Shown here in pieces: positions 1-10,459 of a stretch of 64,000 nt of DNA. Position numbers and translations under genes: made by a program. This stretch comes from Candidatus Avimuribaculum pullicola (GTDB taxonomy: Bacteria; Bacteroidota; Bacteroidia; Bacteroidales; Muribaculaceae), in the NCBI GenBank assembly GCA_018716295.1, contig DVKC01000025.1:10576-74575 (forward strand), given 5' to 3'. The notes beneath the pieces were generated by a model, which did no database searches, was not told where the DNA came from, and worked only from the letters and a program-made list of their open reading frames with translations. How positions within the stretch are numbered: the first letter of the stretch is position 1; the number at the start of each line of letters is the position of its first letter.

Positions 1-62
1 TGTAGTGACATTTTGGCAACATTTTTGATAATGCAAGTTTATTGACAGAATTAAAGCAGACT

Positions 63-662
63 ATGGCAACAAAAGATAATAAACAAGAAGAACAATCGAC
101 CAAACAACAGGAAAGTGAAGAAAAGGTGCAAGCCGAGGAGGCTCAATGCTCCGAAAACGACGCTGAGGTTGAGGGCGATGCAGATGCTGGCAAGGATGAA
201 AATGACCCGAGCAAGCAGATAGAAAAACTCGAAAAGGAACTTGAAGATTCCAAGAAGGAATATCTGTTCTTGATGGCAGAGTTTGATAATTTCAGAAAAA
301 GAACCTTGAAGGAAAAATCCGAAATAATCAAAAATGGTGCTGAAAACGCCATGCGTGATTTGCTGCCTGTAATCGACGACTTCGAACGGGCCATCAAGGC
401 AATTGGCGAAAACAGTGAAATTGAAAGCCTCAAGGAAGGTGTTGACCTGATTTACAATAAGTTCATGAAGTACCTTGAGCATAATGGAGTAAAGCCTATC
501 GACAGCACGGGCAAGGATTTCGACACCGAGTTGCACGAGGCTGTAACGATGTTCCCTGCTGCCGATGAATCGCAGAAAGGGAAAATCGTGGATACTGTGC
601 AGACGGGGTATATGCTCAACGACAAGGTGCTGCGTCACGCCAAGGTGGTAGTGGGGCAATGA
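63..662 (+). CDS. grpE: Nucleotide exchange factor GrpE
   Basis: GrpE core region (FDNFRKRT ... LLPVIDDFERA). ATG at 63 is preferred over the TTG at 42 used by the ORF track. Lies directly upstream of dnaJ. Confidence 0.9.
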   Translation: MATKDNKQEEQSTKQQESEEKVQAEEAQCSENDAEVEGDADAGKDENDPSKQIEKLEKELEDSKKEYLFLMAEFDNFRKRTLKEKSEIIKNGAENAMRDLLPVIDDFERAIKAIGENSEIESLKEGVDLIYNKFMKYLEHNGVKPIDSTGKDFDTELHEAVTMFPAADESQKGKIVDTVQTGYMLNDKVLRHAKVVVGQ

Positions 663-738
663 TTTTGTACTGCTACCAGTTACGCTGTATTTTATAGAAA
701 AGTTATTAGTTAACACACAGGTTTTGTAGAAGGCGACA

Positions 739-1896
739 ATGGAGAAAAGAGATTACTACGAAGTGTTGGGCGTGTCGAAGAATGTGACACCTGATGAGCT
801 GAAGAAGGCCTATCGAAAATTGGCAATGCAGTATCACCCCGACCGTCAGGAGGGAAAGAGTGATGCCGAGAAAAAGGAAGCCGAAGAGAAGTTCAAGGAG
901 GCTGCCGAGGCATATTCGGTGCTTAGCGACCCCGACAAAAGGGCGCGTTACGACCAGTTTGGCCACAGCATGGGTAACATGGGCGGTGGCGGCGGCTTCA
1001 GCGGCGGCGGAATGTCGATGGAAGACATCTTCTCGCAGTTTGGCGACATTTTCGGCAGCTTTGGCGGTTTTGGTGGCTTCGGCGGCGGGAGCAGCCGTCC
1101 GCGCCAGAACAGGGGCAGCGACCTGCGGGTGCGTGTGAAAGTCACGCTCAAGGATGTGGCCCATGGCGTGGAAAAGAAGATAAAAATCCCCCGCTACGTG
1201 CCATGCGCGGCTTGTCACGGCACTGGTGCCAAGAATGGGTCGGCCTTTACAACTTGTTCCACCTGCCACGGTACGGGTACGGTACAGCAAGTCAAGCAGA
1301 CTATACTCGGCACCATGCGCACGCAGAGCGTGTGTCCCACCTGTGGCGGTGAGGGGCGCATAATACAAGACCGTTGCACGGCTTGCGGCGGCGAGGGTAT
1401 AGTGCGCCAAGACGACGTGGTGACTGTGAATATCCCTGCTGGTGTGGCCGAGGGCATGACGTTGAGTATGCGTGGCAAGGGCAACGCTGCGCGTCATGGC
1501 GGTGTGCCGGGCGACTTGCTCATATTGATTGAGGAGGAAAAAGATGCCGAATTGCTTCGTGACGAAAATGACCTCGTGTATAACCTTATGCTCGACATTC
1601 CTACGGCTGTGTTTGGCGGCAAGGTAGAAGTGCCCACTGTCGATGGCAAGGCACGGTTGACCATTGAGCCTGGTACGCAGCCTGGCAAGATACTGCGTCT
1701 GCGCGGTAAAGGGTTGCCATCGCCCAACGGCTATGGCAATGGCGACTTGCTTGTCAATGTGATGGTATATATTCCCGAAACGCTTACTGCCAGTGAACGT
1801 GAAGCATTTGAGAAATTGAAAGGTCAGCCCAATGTTTCACCCAACGAAAGTGCCAAGAAGCGTATATTCAGTCGTTTGCGCCACCTGTTTGATTGA
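739..1896 (+). CDS. dnaJ: Molecular chaperone DnaJ
   Basis: J-domain with HPD (QYHPDR), Gly/Phe-rich linker and four CxxCxGxG zinc-finger repeats. Confidence 0.95.
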   Translation: MEKRDYYEVLGVSKNVTPDELKKAYRKLAMQYHPDRQEGKSDAEKKEAEEKFKEAAEAYSVLSDPDKRARYDQFGHSMGNMGGGGGFSGGGMSMEDIFSQFGDIFGSFGGFGGFGGGSSRPRQNRGSDLRVRVKVTLKDVAHGVEKKIKIPRYVPCAACHGTGAKNGSAFTTCSTCHGTGTVQQVKQTILGTMRTQSVCPTCGGEGRIIQDRCTACGGEGIVRQDDVVTVNIPAGVAEGMTLSMRGKGNAARHGGVPGDLLILIEEEKDAELLRDENDLVYNLMLDIPTAVFGGKVEVPTVDGKARLTIEPGTQPGKILRLRGKGLPSPNGYGNGDLLVNVMVYIPETLTASEREAFEKLKGQPNVSPNESAKKRIFSRLRHLFD

Positions 1897-1918
1897 TAAA
1901 ATATGGAACAATACACCG

Positions 1919-1957
1919 CAGGGTGGAGGCTATATCATAGATATATCTTCCACCCTG
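1919..1957 (+). terminator. Hairpin downstream of dnaJ (putative terminator)
   Basis: cagggtggaggctatatc / gatatatcttccaccctg forms a long near-perfect stem 23 nt after the dnaJ stop. The trailing T-tract is weak. Confidence 0.5.
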
Positions 1958-2262
1958 TTCCTATTCAGGATAAAGTGTGTTTTTCATGGCGAGTGCACCG
2001 TTATTGTTGTCGGTGCGGGGCAGCCTTTCATGGTAGTTTTGTTATGTGTTGAGAATAAACATTTATGTTAACCCTAAAAAATCCAATATTCCATTGTATC
2101 ATTGTTTCAATGATGCAAAGTTATGATGGCCATGGGCAATAATATTGCACAGATGTGTTAAATTAAGTTGTAATACGCCACATACTGGGGTACAGTTAAA
2201 ATATGTCGGAATAGTATTATAATATGTTATATTTTGTACGTTAATATCTGGGAATAAAAACA

Positions 2263-2270
2263 TATCTTTG
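2263..2270 (+). promoter_or_regulatory. Bacteroidetes -7 box (TATCTTTG)
   Basis: Perfect TAnnTTTG match 25 nt upstream of the ATG at 2295. Confidence 0.4.
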
Positions 2271-2294
2271 TGCCGTGTTTAATACTGATAAGCT

Positions 2295-2888
2295 ATGAGA
2301 TTGTTTTATTCTATTATATGTTGTTTTTTGCTTATTGCGGCAACGAGTTGCAATGACGATGAGGGATTAGATTATCGTTCATGGGATGATGTGTTTGCAT
2401 TCGATTATTCCGACACTACACTCACAGCCTCGCCACATACATTCAGCTTGGCCATACATGCGGTAAGTACGATTCCTGTACCAGATGATTGGGGCATCAT
2501 TAGTGTGTTGGAATGGAATAACGAGGGTGACGAGGGTAATTACGATTATCAAGAAGGTGATTGGTGGTATATATATCCGACTGACCGGCCATTATGGGAA
2601 GTGGAGCCGAGCAACACATTCGATGGGTATGACTGGATTCACCTTTCGACCGAGGAAACCGATGGACAAACTGTGCTTAATGTGGATGTTGTTCAAAATG
2701 ATACAGGAAAAGAACGTGCAATTCGCTTATATGTGGGCGTTGATGATTATAAAGGCAAGTTAGTTGCCGAGTTGATTATAATCCAGAAACCAGTTCCCGA
2801 CCAAACGTCGTTCACCTACACTGCACGGTATAAAAACGTGGTTCGCAGTTCGGCGGCACATCTCGACATTGACGGAAAGGACTATTGA
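2295..2888 (+). CDS. Hypothetical lipoprotein
   Basis: Signal peptide ending LIAATSC (lipobox Cys). AT-rich gene, acidic and Trp/Tyr-rich product, no family recognised. Confidence 0.6.
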   Translation: MRLFYSIICCFLLIAATSCNDDEGLDYRSWDDVFAFDYSDTTLTASPHTFSLAIHAVSTIPVPDDWGIISVLEWNNEGDEGNYDYQEGDWWYIYPTDRPLWEVEPSNTFDGYDWIHLSTEETDGQTVLNVDVVQNDTGKERAIRLYVGVDDYKGKLVAELIIIQKPVPDQTSFTYTARYKNVVRSSAAHLDIDGKDY

Positions 2889-2946
2889 CACAGCCCCTCG
2901 CCTCGGCAATCCATAATGCAAGTGTATATATTTTGACACCCATTGA

Positions 2947-2985
2947 AACGGGTGCCCACGTGGCTCGCGGGTACCCGTTTTTTTG
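2947..2985 (+). terminator. Intrinsic terminator
   Basis: An 11-bp stem (aacgggtgccc / gggtacccgtt) followed by TTTTTTT, downstream of the lipoprotein gene. Confidence 0.65.
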
Positions 2986-3028
2986 CGGCAATGGGGCGTG
3001 GCTATTTGCTGTTGACGAAAAGTGTGGC

Positions 3029-3036
3029 TAATTTTG
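3029..3036 (+). promoter_or_regulatory. Bacteroidetes -7 box (TAATTTTG)
   Basis: Perfect TAnnTTTG lying inside the 5' end of the track ORF 3022..5382, which argues for a downstream start. Confidence 0.4.
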
Positions 3037-3057
3037 CAGCATCAAAACAATAGAATA

Positions 3058-5382
3058 GTGGAAGATTACCTGAACCAACTCAATGAACAGCAACGTGCGG
3101 CAGTGCAATACATCGACGGGCCGCAACTTGTGATAGCCGGTGCGGGGTCGGGCAAGACGCGTGTACTCACCTACAAGATTGTTCACCTGCTTGCCAACGG
3201 CTACGCTCCCTATCGTATTATGGCATTGACATTTACCAACAAGGCTGCGCGGGAAATGAAGGAGCGCATAGCACAATTGGTCGATAGCAGCACGGCTGGG
3301 CAGTTGTGGATGGGGACATTCCACTCGATTTTTTCAAAAATTCTGCGTATCAATGCCGACCGCATAGGTTTCAATCGAGGGTTCACCATATATGACACTG
3401 CCGACTCCAGGTCGCTCATCAAGTCAATCATACGCGACATGGGGCTTGACGAGAAAGTGTATGTGGCCGGCGATATACAGTCGCACATATCTAAGGTTAA
3501 GAACTGCCTTATTTCGCCAGCCGATTATGCTGCCGACAGCGATTTGCTCAATGCCGACCGCCGTTCGCGCCGTCCGGCCATTTGCGAAATTTATCGTGGA
3601 TATTGCGACCGGTGCCAAATAGCTGGTGCGATGGATTTCGACGACTTGCTGTTCTACACCAATAAGTTGTTGCGCGACAATGACGACGTGCTACAGCGTT
3701 ACCGTGAGTTTTTCCAATATGTTCTCGTCGATGAATACCAAGACACCAACTTTGCGCAGCACCTCATAGTGTCGCGGCTAACGAAGGGGCTTGGCAACTT
3801 GTGCGTGGTAGGCGACGACGCGCAGAGCATATATTCGTTCCGCGGTGCCAACATATCCAATATCATCAATATGGGGCGACATTATGAAAATCTGCGTATC
3901 TTCAAGCTCGAACAGAACTATCGCTCTACACAGAACATACTCGATGCTGCCAACAGCCTCATAGAGAAGAATACCGAGCAGATAAGGAAACATATTTTCT
4001 CGGAAAACAGCCGTGGCAGCAAGGTGCGCGTAATCGAAGCTTACTCCGACCTTGAGGAGAGCTATGTCGTTGCCAACCAGATAATAACGTTGCGAGCCGC
4101 GCAGGGCGACGGTTTCAACGAGTTTGCGGTGCTTTACCGTACCAATGCGCAGTCGCGCGTGCTTGAGGAAGCATTGCGCAAGCGCAACATTCCATACCGC
4201 ATTTATGGCGGTCAGTCGTTCTACCAGCGCAAGGAAATCAAGGATGCGATTTCCTACTTCCGCCTTGCCGTCAATCCCGACGATGACGAGGCTTTGAGGC
4301 GCATAATCAATTATCCTGCACGTGGAATAGGTGAAACCACAGTGGGGAAACTTGTCAAGGCTTCAATCAAGGGGCATACGAGCATTTGGAGGGTGCTGCA
4401 GGACTTACAGGCACACGAGGTTGACGTGAATGCCGGGACACGGCGCAAACTTGAGGCTTTCCGCGACATGGTGAGGCATTTCCTCGATTTTAACGAGGAG
4501 GCAAAACCCACGGCCAGTGAGTTGGGACGCGAAATAATACGCGAAACGCGGTTGCTTGCAGTGATAGAGAGCGACAACACTCCCGAAAATATCAGCCGTA
4601 AAGAAAACCTGGCTGAGTTGCTAAACAGCCTTGACGACTTTGTACGTACAAAGGAGGAAGAAGAGAACAGCGATGATATATCTATGTCTAATTTCCTTGC
4701 CGAAGTGTCGTTGTTGACCGACCAGGATCGTGACAATGATGGTGGTGAGGCTCGTGTGACGCTCATGACTGTACATGCTGCCAAGGGACTTGAGTTTAAG
4801 AATGTCATTATAGTAGGGGTTGAGGAGAACCTCTTCCCATCGGCAATGAGTGTCGATTCTATAGCTGGCGTTGAAGAGGAGAGGCGGTTGCTGTATGTGG
4901 CTATAACTCGCGCCAAGGCGACTTGCACCATTACATACGCACGTTCACGTTACCGTAATGGGCAGACGCAGTCGTGCACGGCAAGCCGCTTTATCAGGGA
5001 TATTGATTCGCGGTATTTGTCGGTATCGGCATCGTCGTCTTCGTTTTCTTCACCAAAGGGTGGAAACCGTCCTCAATTCACATGGGATGGCAATCGCTTG
5101 TCGGCGGTGTCGCCACAGCAAGGTGCTCCCGAGGAAGTCAAGAGCCGCAATAGTGCCGTTTCTCGCCACGGTGCTGCCACGGTATCGGGTGATGGCGATT
5201 TCTCGCTACATGAAGCAGCCGAGTTGCAGCCAGGCATTGAGATAGAGCATTCGCGCTTCGGGCGTGGCACTATAACTGGCATCGAAGCAAGTGGAGTGTC
5301 TGATGCCAAGATTACGGTCGATTTTGGTGATGTCGGTCAAAAAACGTTGATATTGAAATTTGCAAAGTTTAGAATATTGTAA
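3058..5382 (+). CDS. UvrD/PcrA/Rep-family ATP-dependent DNA helicase
   Basis: Walker A AGAGSGKT, motif II DEYQDT, QNYRS and VHAAKGLEF. Start placed at the in-frame GTG 3058 (VEDYLNQLNEQQRAAV) because of the -7 box at 3029-3036. The exact start is uncertain. Confidence 0.85.
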   Translation: MEDYLNQLNEQQRAAVQYIDGPQLVIAGAGSGKTRVLTYKIVHLLANGYAPYRIMALTFTNKAAREMKERIAQLVDSSTAGQLWMGTFHSIFSKILRINADRIGFNRGFTIYDTADSRSLIKSIIRDMGLDEKVYVAGDIQSHISKVKNCLISPADYAADSDLLNADRRSRRPAICEIYRGYCDRCQIAGAMDFDDLLFYTNKLLRDNDDVLQRYREFFQYVLVDEYQDTNFAQHLIVSRLTKGLGNLCVVGDDAQSIYSFRGANISNIINMGRHYENLRIFKLEQNYRSTQNILDAANSLIEKNTEQIRKHIFSENSRGSKVRVIEAYSDLEESYVVANQIITLRAAQGDGFNEFAVLYRTNAQSRVLEEALRKRNIPYRIYGGQSFYQRKEIKDAISYFRLAVNPDDDEALRRIINYPARGIGETTVGKLVKASIKGHTSIWRVLQDLQAHEVDVNAGTRRKLEAFRDMVRHFLDFNEEAKPTASELGREIIRETRLLAVIESDNTPENISRKENLAELLNSLDDFVRTKEEEENSDDISMSNFLAEVSLLTDQDRDNDGGEARVTLMTVHAAKGLEFKNVIIVGVEENLFPSAMSVDSIAGVEEERRLLYVAITRAKATCTITYARSRYRNGQTQSCTASRFIRDIDSRYLSVSASSSSFSSPKGGNRPQFTWDGNRLSAVSPQQGAPEEVKSRNSAVSRHGAATVSGDGDFSLHEAAELQPGIEIEHSRFGRGTITGIEASGVSDAKITVDFGDVGQKTLILKFAKFRIL

Positions 5383-6554
5383 TGGGTAAATATGTTGATT
5401 TAAAGGGCTATCCGACGCCTTACTATATAGTGTATGAAGAACGGCTGCGCCGCAACCTCGATCTCATAACGCAGGTTGCCCGTGATGCTGGAGTGAAGAT
5501 AATCATGGCATTCAAAGCCAATGCATTGTGGCGCACGTTCGGTGTGATGCGGGAGTATGGCATAGAGTCCACGGCAAGTTCGCTCAACGAAATGCGCCTT
5601 GCCAACGATGAACTTGGGACGCTTGCACACACGTATTGTCCTGCCTATACGGCAATTACCATAGGGCAATATCTTGCAGGGAGTTCTCATATCACGTTTA
5701 ATAGTATTTCGCAGTACCTGCGTTTTAAGGGCGACGTAGAGATGTTTAATTCCCTTGACGGTGGGCATCGTGTCAGTTGCGGGCTGCGTGTCAATCCCAT
5801 GTGTTCGGTTATTGCTACCGATATTTATAATCCATGTTGCCCTGGGTCGCGCTTTGGGGTCACTGCCGATGAGATTGACGAGCTACCCGATGGCATAGAA
5901 GGGTTTCATTTCCATGCTTTGTGCGAATCGTCGTCATACGATTTGCAGCACGTGCTTGAAGCATTTGAAAGCCAATTTGGGAAATTCCTGCCTCGGTTGA
6001 AGTGGGTTAATATGGGCGGAGGCCACTTGATGACACGCGCCGGCTATGATACAGCCCATCTTGTGCAGCTGTTGAGGGGCTTTAAGGAGCGTTATCCTGG
6101 GATTGAAGTTATTCTTGAGCCGGGTAGCGCGTTCACATGGCGCACTGGCGACCTCATGGCATCGGTAGTTGACGTGGTGGAAAATAGCGGCATAAAGACT
6201 GCAATCATCGATGTATCGTTTGCCTGCCACATGCCCGATTGCCTTGAAATGCCCTATAAGCCGGCAATCACCGAAGCTCTTGATGATGAGGGCGTACAGG
6301 ACAATGGCGTTTATACCTACCGCATGGGTGGCAATTCGTGCCTCAGCGGCGACTTTGTGGGTGACTGGAGTTTTGCTGCACCGCTGAAAGAGGGCGACCG
6401 CCTCACATTTGAAGACATGAACCACTATACCACGGTGAAGACCAACATGTTCAATGGCATACAGCATCCGTCGATACTTTATGTGCACTGCGATGGGCGT
6501 GTAGAAGTGTTGCGTGAGTTTACTTATGCCGACTATAAGTCGCGAATGTCGTAA
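5382..6554 (+). CDS. nspC: Carboxynorspermidine decarboxylase-like PLP enzyme
   Basis: 390 aa with an Orn/DAP/Arg-decarboxylase-like layout and an N-terminus (YPTPYYIVYEERL) typical of NspC as I recall it. Start overlaps the helicase stop (TAATG). Confidence 0.7.
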   Translation: MGKYVDLKGYPTPYYIVYEERLRRNLDLITQVARDAGVKIIMAFKANALWRTFGVMREYGIESTASSLNEMRLANDELGTLAHTYCPAYTAITIGQYLAGSSHITFNSISQYLRFKGDVEMFNSLDGGHRVSCGLRVNPMCSVIATDIYNPCCPGSRFGVTADEIDELPDGIEGFHFHALCESSSYDLQHVLEAFESQFGKFLPRLKWVNMGGGHLMTRAGYDTAHLVQLLRGFKERYPGIEVILEPGSAFTWRTGDLMASVVDVVENSGIKTAIIDVSFACHMPDCLEMPYKPAITEALDDEGVQDNGVYTYRMGGNSCLSGDFVGDWSFAAPLKEGDRLTFEDMNHYTTVKTNMFNGIQHPSILYVHCDGRVEVLREFTYADYKSRMS

Positions 6555-6636
6555 CCCAGTCCTGAAAAAAAACTTCGGCGCATGGCATACTGAAAGTTAC
6601 GTTGCGAACGTTATCTATGTGAGAATTTGGTCGCGA

Positions 6637-9060
6637 ATGGATTTTACCCCGAAAAAATATATTTTTGCTTTGCTGTTGCTATGTTTTGTGGCAATGGCTG
6701 CCGTGGCTGGCAACGTTAAATTGTCGGGCCGCGTCACCGATGGCGACAATGCCCCAGTGGAATTTGCCACTGTGCGCGTTGGCGGCACGGCCATAGGCAC
6801 GACCACAGGGTTGGACGGGCGTTATAGCCTGGCAGTGCCTCAGGCCGATACTATCACGGTGATATTCAATTGCATGGGCTACACCGAGGTGACTCGCCGC
6901 TTGGTTGAACCCGAGGGAGAAGTGACTCTTGATGTGAAATTGCTCAAAAAGTCGCTTGAACTCGATGGGCTTGAAATCACTGAATATAAGCGGCAGACGG
7001 GGCAAATGCAGACCATCGACATTGATGCCGCACGCATTAATCCCGACGCGAGCGGGGGCAGCATCGAAGCTGTGTTGTCAACGATGGCCGGTGTGAGCCA
7101 AAAAAACGAGATGAGTTCCCAGTATATGGTTCGCGGCGGTTCGTATGACGAGAATAGCGTGTATATCAATGGTATAGAGATATATCGACCGCAATTGATA
7201 AGTTCGGGGCAACAAGAGGGGTTGAGCATAATTAACCCCGACTTGGTGGGGCAGGTGGAATTCTCGACAGGAGGTTTCAGTGCCGAATATGGCGACAAGA
7301 TGTCATCGACGCTTGATATTACCTATCGTCAGCCTGAGGCGTTTGAAGGTGCTGTGTCGGCAAGCCTTATGGGCGGCAGCATTGCTGTGGGGCAAGGTAG
7401 TGGACGCTTCTCGCAATTGCATGGGTTTCGCTATAAACGCAATTCGTCGTTGCTTGGCTCGCTTGAATCGAAAGGGGAGTATGACCCTCAATATTTTGAT
7501 TACCAGACCAGCCTTAATTTCAAGATCAACAACAAGCTGAAACTGTCGTTTTTGGGCAATATTGCCATCAACGATTACCGTTTTACTCCCGAAACGCGTG
7601 AAACCAATTTTGGAACGATGGATAATGCCCGCTCGTTCACTGTTTACTTCGATGGGCAAGAAAAAGACCGTTTTGAAACATATTTCGGTGCGTTGTCGTT
7701 AAACTACAGGCTATCGCGCGGCACTGATTTCACGCTGTTGACATCGGGTTACCTGACAAATGAGTTGGTGACATACGATATTCATGGTGAATATTGGCTC
7801 GATGAGGCGGGAACTAACGATACTGATGGAACTGGTGATGCAGTGGGTGGTGAGCTTGGCGTGGGTACATATCATGAACATGCCAGAAATCGTTTGAAGA
7901 CAAGCGTGTTTGCCTTTGCCCTTAAAGGCAATACTTCGATAAGCAACAACAATATAAGCTATGGCATCACTTACCAGCATGAGAATATCCATGACCGCAC
8001 ACGCGAATGGGAGCAACGCGACTCGGCTGGGTACTCATTGCCCCACACTGGCAATGGAGTGAACATGGTTTATAACCTCACGTCGAGGCACGATATTTCG
8101 TCCAATCGCTTGTCGTTTTTCGCCCAAGATGCGTTCCGCATGGAAAATAGTGCGGGTTATTTCACTTTTAATGGCGGGGTGCGTTTTACCTACTGGGATT
8201 TCAACAAGGAGTTCCTCGTGAGTCCACGGGCAAGTGTAGGGTTTGTGCCTGCCAGCAACGAACGCATAGCATTGCGATTTGCGACAGGACTTTATTACCA
8301 AGCCCCGTTTTACAAGGAATACCGCATGGAACAGACCGATGAGCAAGGTAATACCAATATTGTACTGAACCGCGACATTAAGTCGCAGCGTAGCGTCCAC
8401 TTGATACTTGGCGGCGACTACACGTTCCGGGCCATGAACCGTCCATTCCGCATATCGGCCGAGCTATATTATAAAAACTTGTCGAACTTGATTCCTTACG
8501 AACTCGATAACCTGAAAATGGTGTATTCGGGTGTCAATAGTGCCAAGGGATATGTAGCAGGTATCGACATGAAGTTTTTCGGGCAATTTGTGGAGGGAAC
8601 CGACTCGTGGATAAGCCTGTCGCTGATGAAAACGCAGGAAGATCTTAATGGCGTGAAAGTGCCGCGACCTACCGACCAGCGTTACAGTGTGGCAATTTTC
8701 TTCACCGATTACTTTCCCAAGTTTCCTAAAATGAAATTCAGCCTTCGTGGCATATATTCCGATGGATTGCCTACAACATCGCCGCGTTCCACACGCGATG
8801 TGGCATATTTCCGCACCCCGGCTTACAAACGTATCGACATAGGCATATCCTACCAGCTCATCGGCGGGCAGTCGCGTCATGCCAATGGCGTGCTTCGATA
8901 CCTTAAAGATGCGTGGATCGGTGTGGATGTGTTCAACCTGCTCGATATATCCAATGTGAGCAGCTATTACTGGGTTACCGATGTCAACAATATCCAGTAT
9001 GCCGTGCCCAATTACCTCACACGCCGGCAATTCAATGTGCGTCTTTCGCTATCGTTCTGA
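6637..9060 (+). CDS. TonB-dependent receptor with carboxypeptidase-regulatory-like N-domain
   Basis: Signal peptide from the ATG at 6637, CarboxypepD_reg-like segment (VKLSGRVTDGDNAPVEFATVRV), plug, and a long beta-barrel ending in a terminal Phe. No SusD-like gene follows. Confidence 0.85.
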   Translation: MDFTPKKYIFALLLLCFVAMAAVAGNVKLSGRVTDGDNAPVEFATVRVGGTAIGTTTGLDGRYSLAVPQADTITVIFNCMGYTEVTRRLVEPEGEVTLDVKLLKKSLELDGLEITEYKRQTGQMQTIDIDAARINPDASGGSIEAVLSTMAGVSQKNEMSSQYMVRGGSYDENSVYINGIEIYRPQLISSGQQEGLSIINPDLVGQVEFSTGGFSAEYGDKMSSTLDITYRQPEAFEGAVSASLMGGSIAVGQGSGRFSQLHGFRYKRNSSLLGSLESKGEYDPQYFDYQTSLNFKINNKLKLSFLGNIAINDYRFTPETRETNFGTMDNARSFTVYFDGQEKDRFETYFGALSLNYRLSRGTDFTLLTSGYLTNELVTYDIHGEYWLDEAGTNDTDGTGDAVGGELGVGTYHEHARNRLKTSVFAFALKGNTSISNNNISYGITYQHENIHDRTREWEQRDSAGYSLPHTGNGVNMVYNLTSRHDISSNRLSFFAQDAFRMENSAGYFTFNGGVRFTYWDFNKEFLVSPRASVGFVPASNERIALRFATGLYYQAPFYKEYRMEQTDEQGNTNIVLNRDIKSQRSVHLILGGDYTFRAMNRPFRISAELYYKNLSNLIPYELDNLKMVYSGVNSAKGYVAGIDMKFFGQFVEGTDSWISLSLMKTQEDLNGVKVPRPTDQRYSVAIFFTDYFPKFPKMKFSLRGIYSDGLPTTSPRSTRDVAYFRTPAYKRIDIGISYQLIGGQSRHANGVLRYLKDAWIGVDVFNLLDISNVSSYYWVTDVNNIQYAVPNYLTRRQFNVRLSLSF

Positions 9061-9067
9061 GAAACTG

Positions 9068-9430
9068 TTAGAGTTTTTGTTTGAAAACTGTGCATGCACG
9101 GTTGAGCAACGCCATGGGCGCGAAGTAGTCATCGCTTATGAAATTGGGCGTGGGATATATGTCGATGCGGGCATACACGGTGTGTGCTTGTTCGACGTAC
9201 ATGAACTTCGCAAGGAATGCGTTGTCGTTCATGAAGTTGCAAGTCTCCATGATTGTACTTTTGCTATGCTGCGAAACGTCGATGATGATGATGATTTGCA
9301 CCATTGGCGAGTCGAAATTCCTCACTATGAATTTGTCGCCGTCGATGGTGAACTCGCTGCCGAGCGAGTTGGGCGTGTATTTTATCTTTTTGGATTTTAG
9401 CAGTTGAATGAAAGTTTCGTATCCTGTCAT
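9068..9430 (-). CDS. YbjN-like small protein (paralogue 1)
   Basis: 120 aa, same length and architecture as 9446..9814 and 10094..10459. The pattern resembles YbjN / T3SS-chaperone-like domain proteins, recognised from memory. Confidence 0.6.
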   Translation of the reverse strand: MTGYETFIQLLKSKKIKYTPNSLGSEFTIDGDKFIVRNFDSPMVQIIIIIDVSQHSKSTIMETCNFMNDNAFLAKFMYVEQAHTVYARIDIYPTPNFISDDYFAPMALLNRACTVFKQKL

Positions 9431-9445
9431 GATGTTTAAATGGTT

Positions 9446-9814
9446 TTAATCGGCATATAACATTTTTGCAAGGTTCTCGGTGGCTTCGAGTAAAATGACC
9501 GTGGCGGTTCGATACTCATCGACGGTTGTGCGACTGCTGGGCAGGAAGTCGAGGCGCAGTTGCAAGTGTTCCACGTCGCTGGCTATGCATTTCACCATAA
9601 ATGTGTTGTCGGTGACTTGGTTGCACAAGTCGAGGGCTAAGCTACGTTCCATGCCTTGCACGGGTAGTGTGGTCATTAATTGTAGCATTTCGCTGTCGCG
9701 CTTGATGATAAACAAACTGATGTTGTCGAACTTGCAGACATAGCAGTTCGACAGTTCTTCGTAGTCGGCACCTTCCACTTCGAGGTATTTTAGGTAATGT
9801 TGGCATCCTATCAT
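9446..9814 (-). CDS. YbjN-like small protein (paralogue 2)
   Basis: 122 aa, 15 bp upstream of paralogue 1 and probably co-transcribed with it. Confidence 0.6.
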   Translation of the reverse strand: MIGCQHYLKYLEVEGADYEELSNCYVCKFDNISLFIIKRDSEMLQLMTTLPVQGMERSLALDLCNQVTDNTFMVKCIASDVEHLQLRLDFLPSSRTTVDEYRTATVILLEATENLAKMLYAD

Positions 9815-10037
9815 GGCTTTTATGTTTTTGGAATGTTATATGTATATACTCCCCCCTTGCCGTGCGCTATGTGGCTGCACGAGGCTTATATCAGGGGAAA
9901 AAATAAAACTACGCTTACCTTAGAACTCAAAATATAGCATTATCGTTGCATGATGTGTTGCTATAGATTCATATAGGTACTCCACAAAGGTAGTGCAAAG
10001 CAAGTGAAAAAACAAGTGAAAATGCCTGGTCTGTTGT

Positions 10038-10074
10038 AAAAAAAGAGGCTTACCTGTGGGCAGCCTCTTTTTTG
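10038..10074 (-). terminator. Bidirectional intrinsic terminator
   Basis: A-run, stem agaggct / agcctct with an 11-nt loop, then T-run. Lies 20 nt downstream of the stop of 10094..10459. Confidence 0.65.
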
Positions 10075-10093
10075 TATTTTGTCTTGATAGGAT

Positions 10094-10459
10094 TTACTTG
10101 TTAAGTTCTTGCATAAATTCTTGCGACGAGTGTTCGAGAATTTGCATCATGGTGTCGAAGTCTTCGGTAGTGGTGTGTACCGATGGTTCTGACTCATAGC
10201 TTACCCATACCGAATCGTTGTCCATCATAATGCATTTTACAACGAATTTGTTGCTGTTGACGGTGTTGCAAGCTTCGAGGATTTTCATCTTGTCGTAGTT
10301 TTCCACATTCCACATCATCAGTACTTGCAGGAACGATGAGTCGTTCTTTGGTGAGAGGTAAGTGGTGCCCTGGTACTTAAAAGAAATGAAGCTGCCCTCA
10401 TCTTTGAATCTGTAGCCCTCTTCTTGGAGGTAATTAACGAAATAATCAAAGCCTGTCAT
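10094..10459 (-). CDS. YbjN-like small protein (paralogue 3)
   Basis: 121 aa (MTGFDYFVNYLQEEGYRFKDEGSFISFKYQG...). This is the clearest YbjN-like pattern of the three. Confidence 0.65.
   Translation of the reverse strand: MTGFDYFVNYLQEEGYRFKDEGSFISFKYQGTTYLSPKNDSSFLQVLMMWNVENYDKMKILEACNTVNSNKFVVKCIMMDNDSVWVSYESEPSVHTTTEDFDTMMQILEHSSQEFMQELNK

Noticed and set aside
706-1497. 263-aa minus-strand ORF antisense to dnaJ, together with 51..716 antisense to grpE
   Set aside because: It fully overlaps strongly supported genes. The product is Ala/His/Arg-rich and low-complexity with no motif, typical of a shadow ORF in GC-richer coding DNA.
6637-9060. SusC-like transporter marking a polysaccharide utilisation locus
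   Set aside because: No SusD-like lipoprotein gene follows it. The neighbours are nspC and the YbjN-like genes, so I treat it as a stand-alone TonB-dependent receptor.
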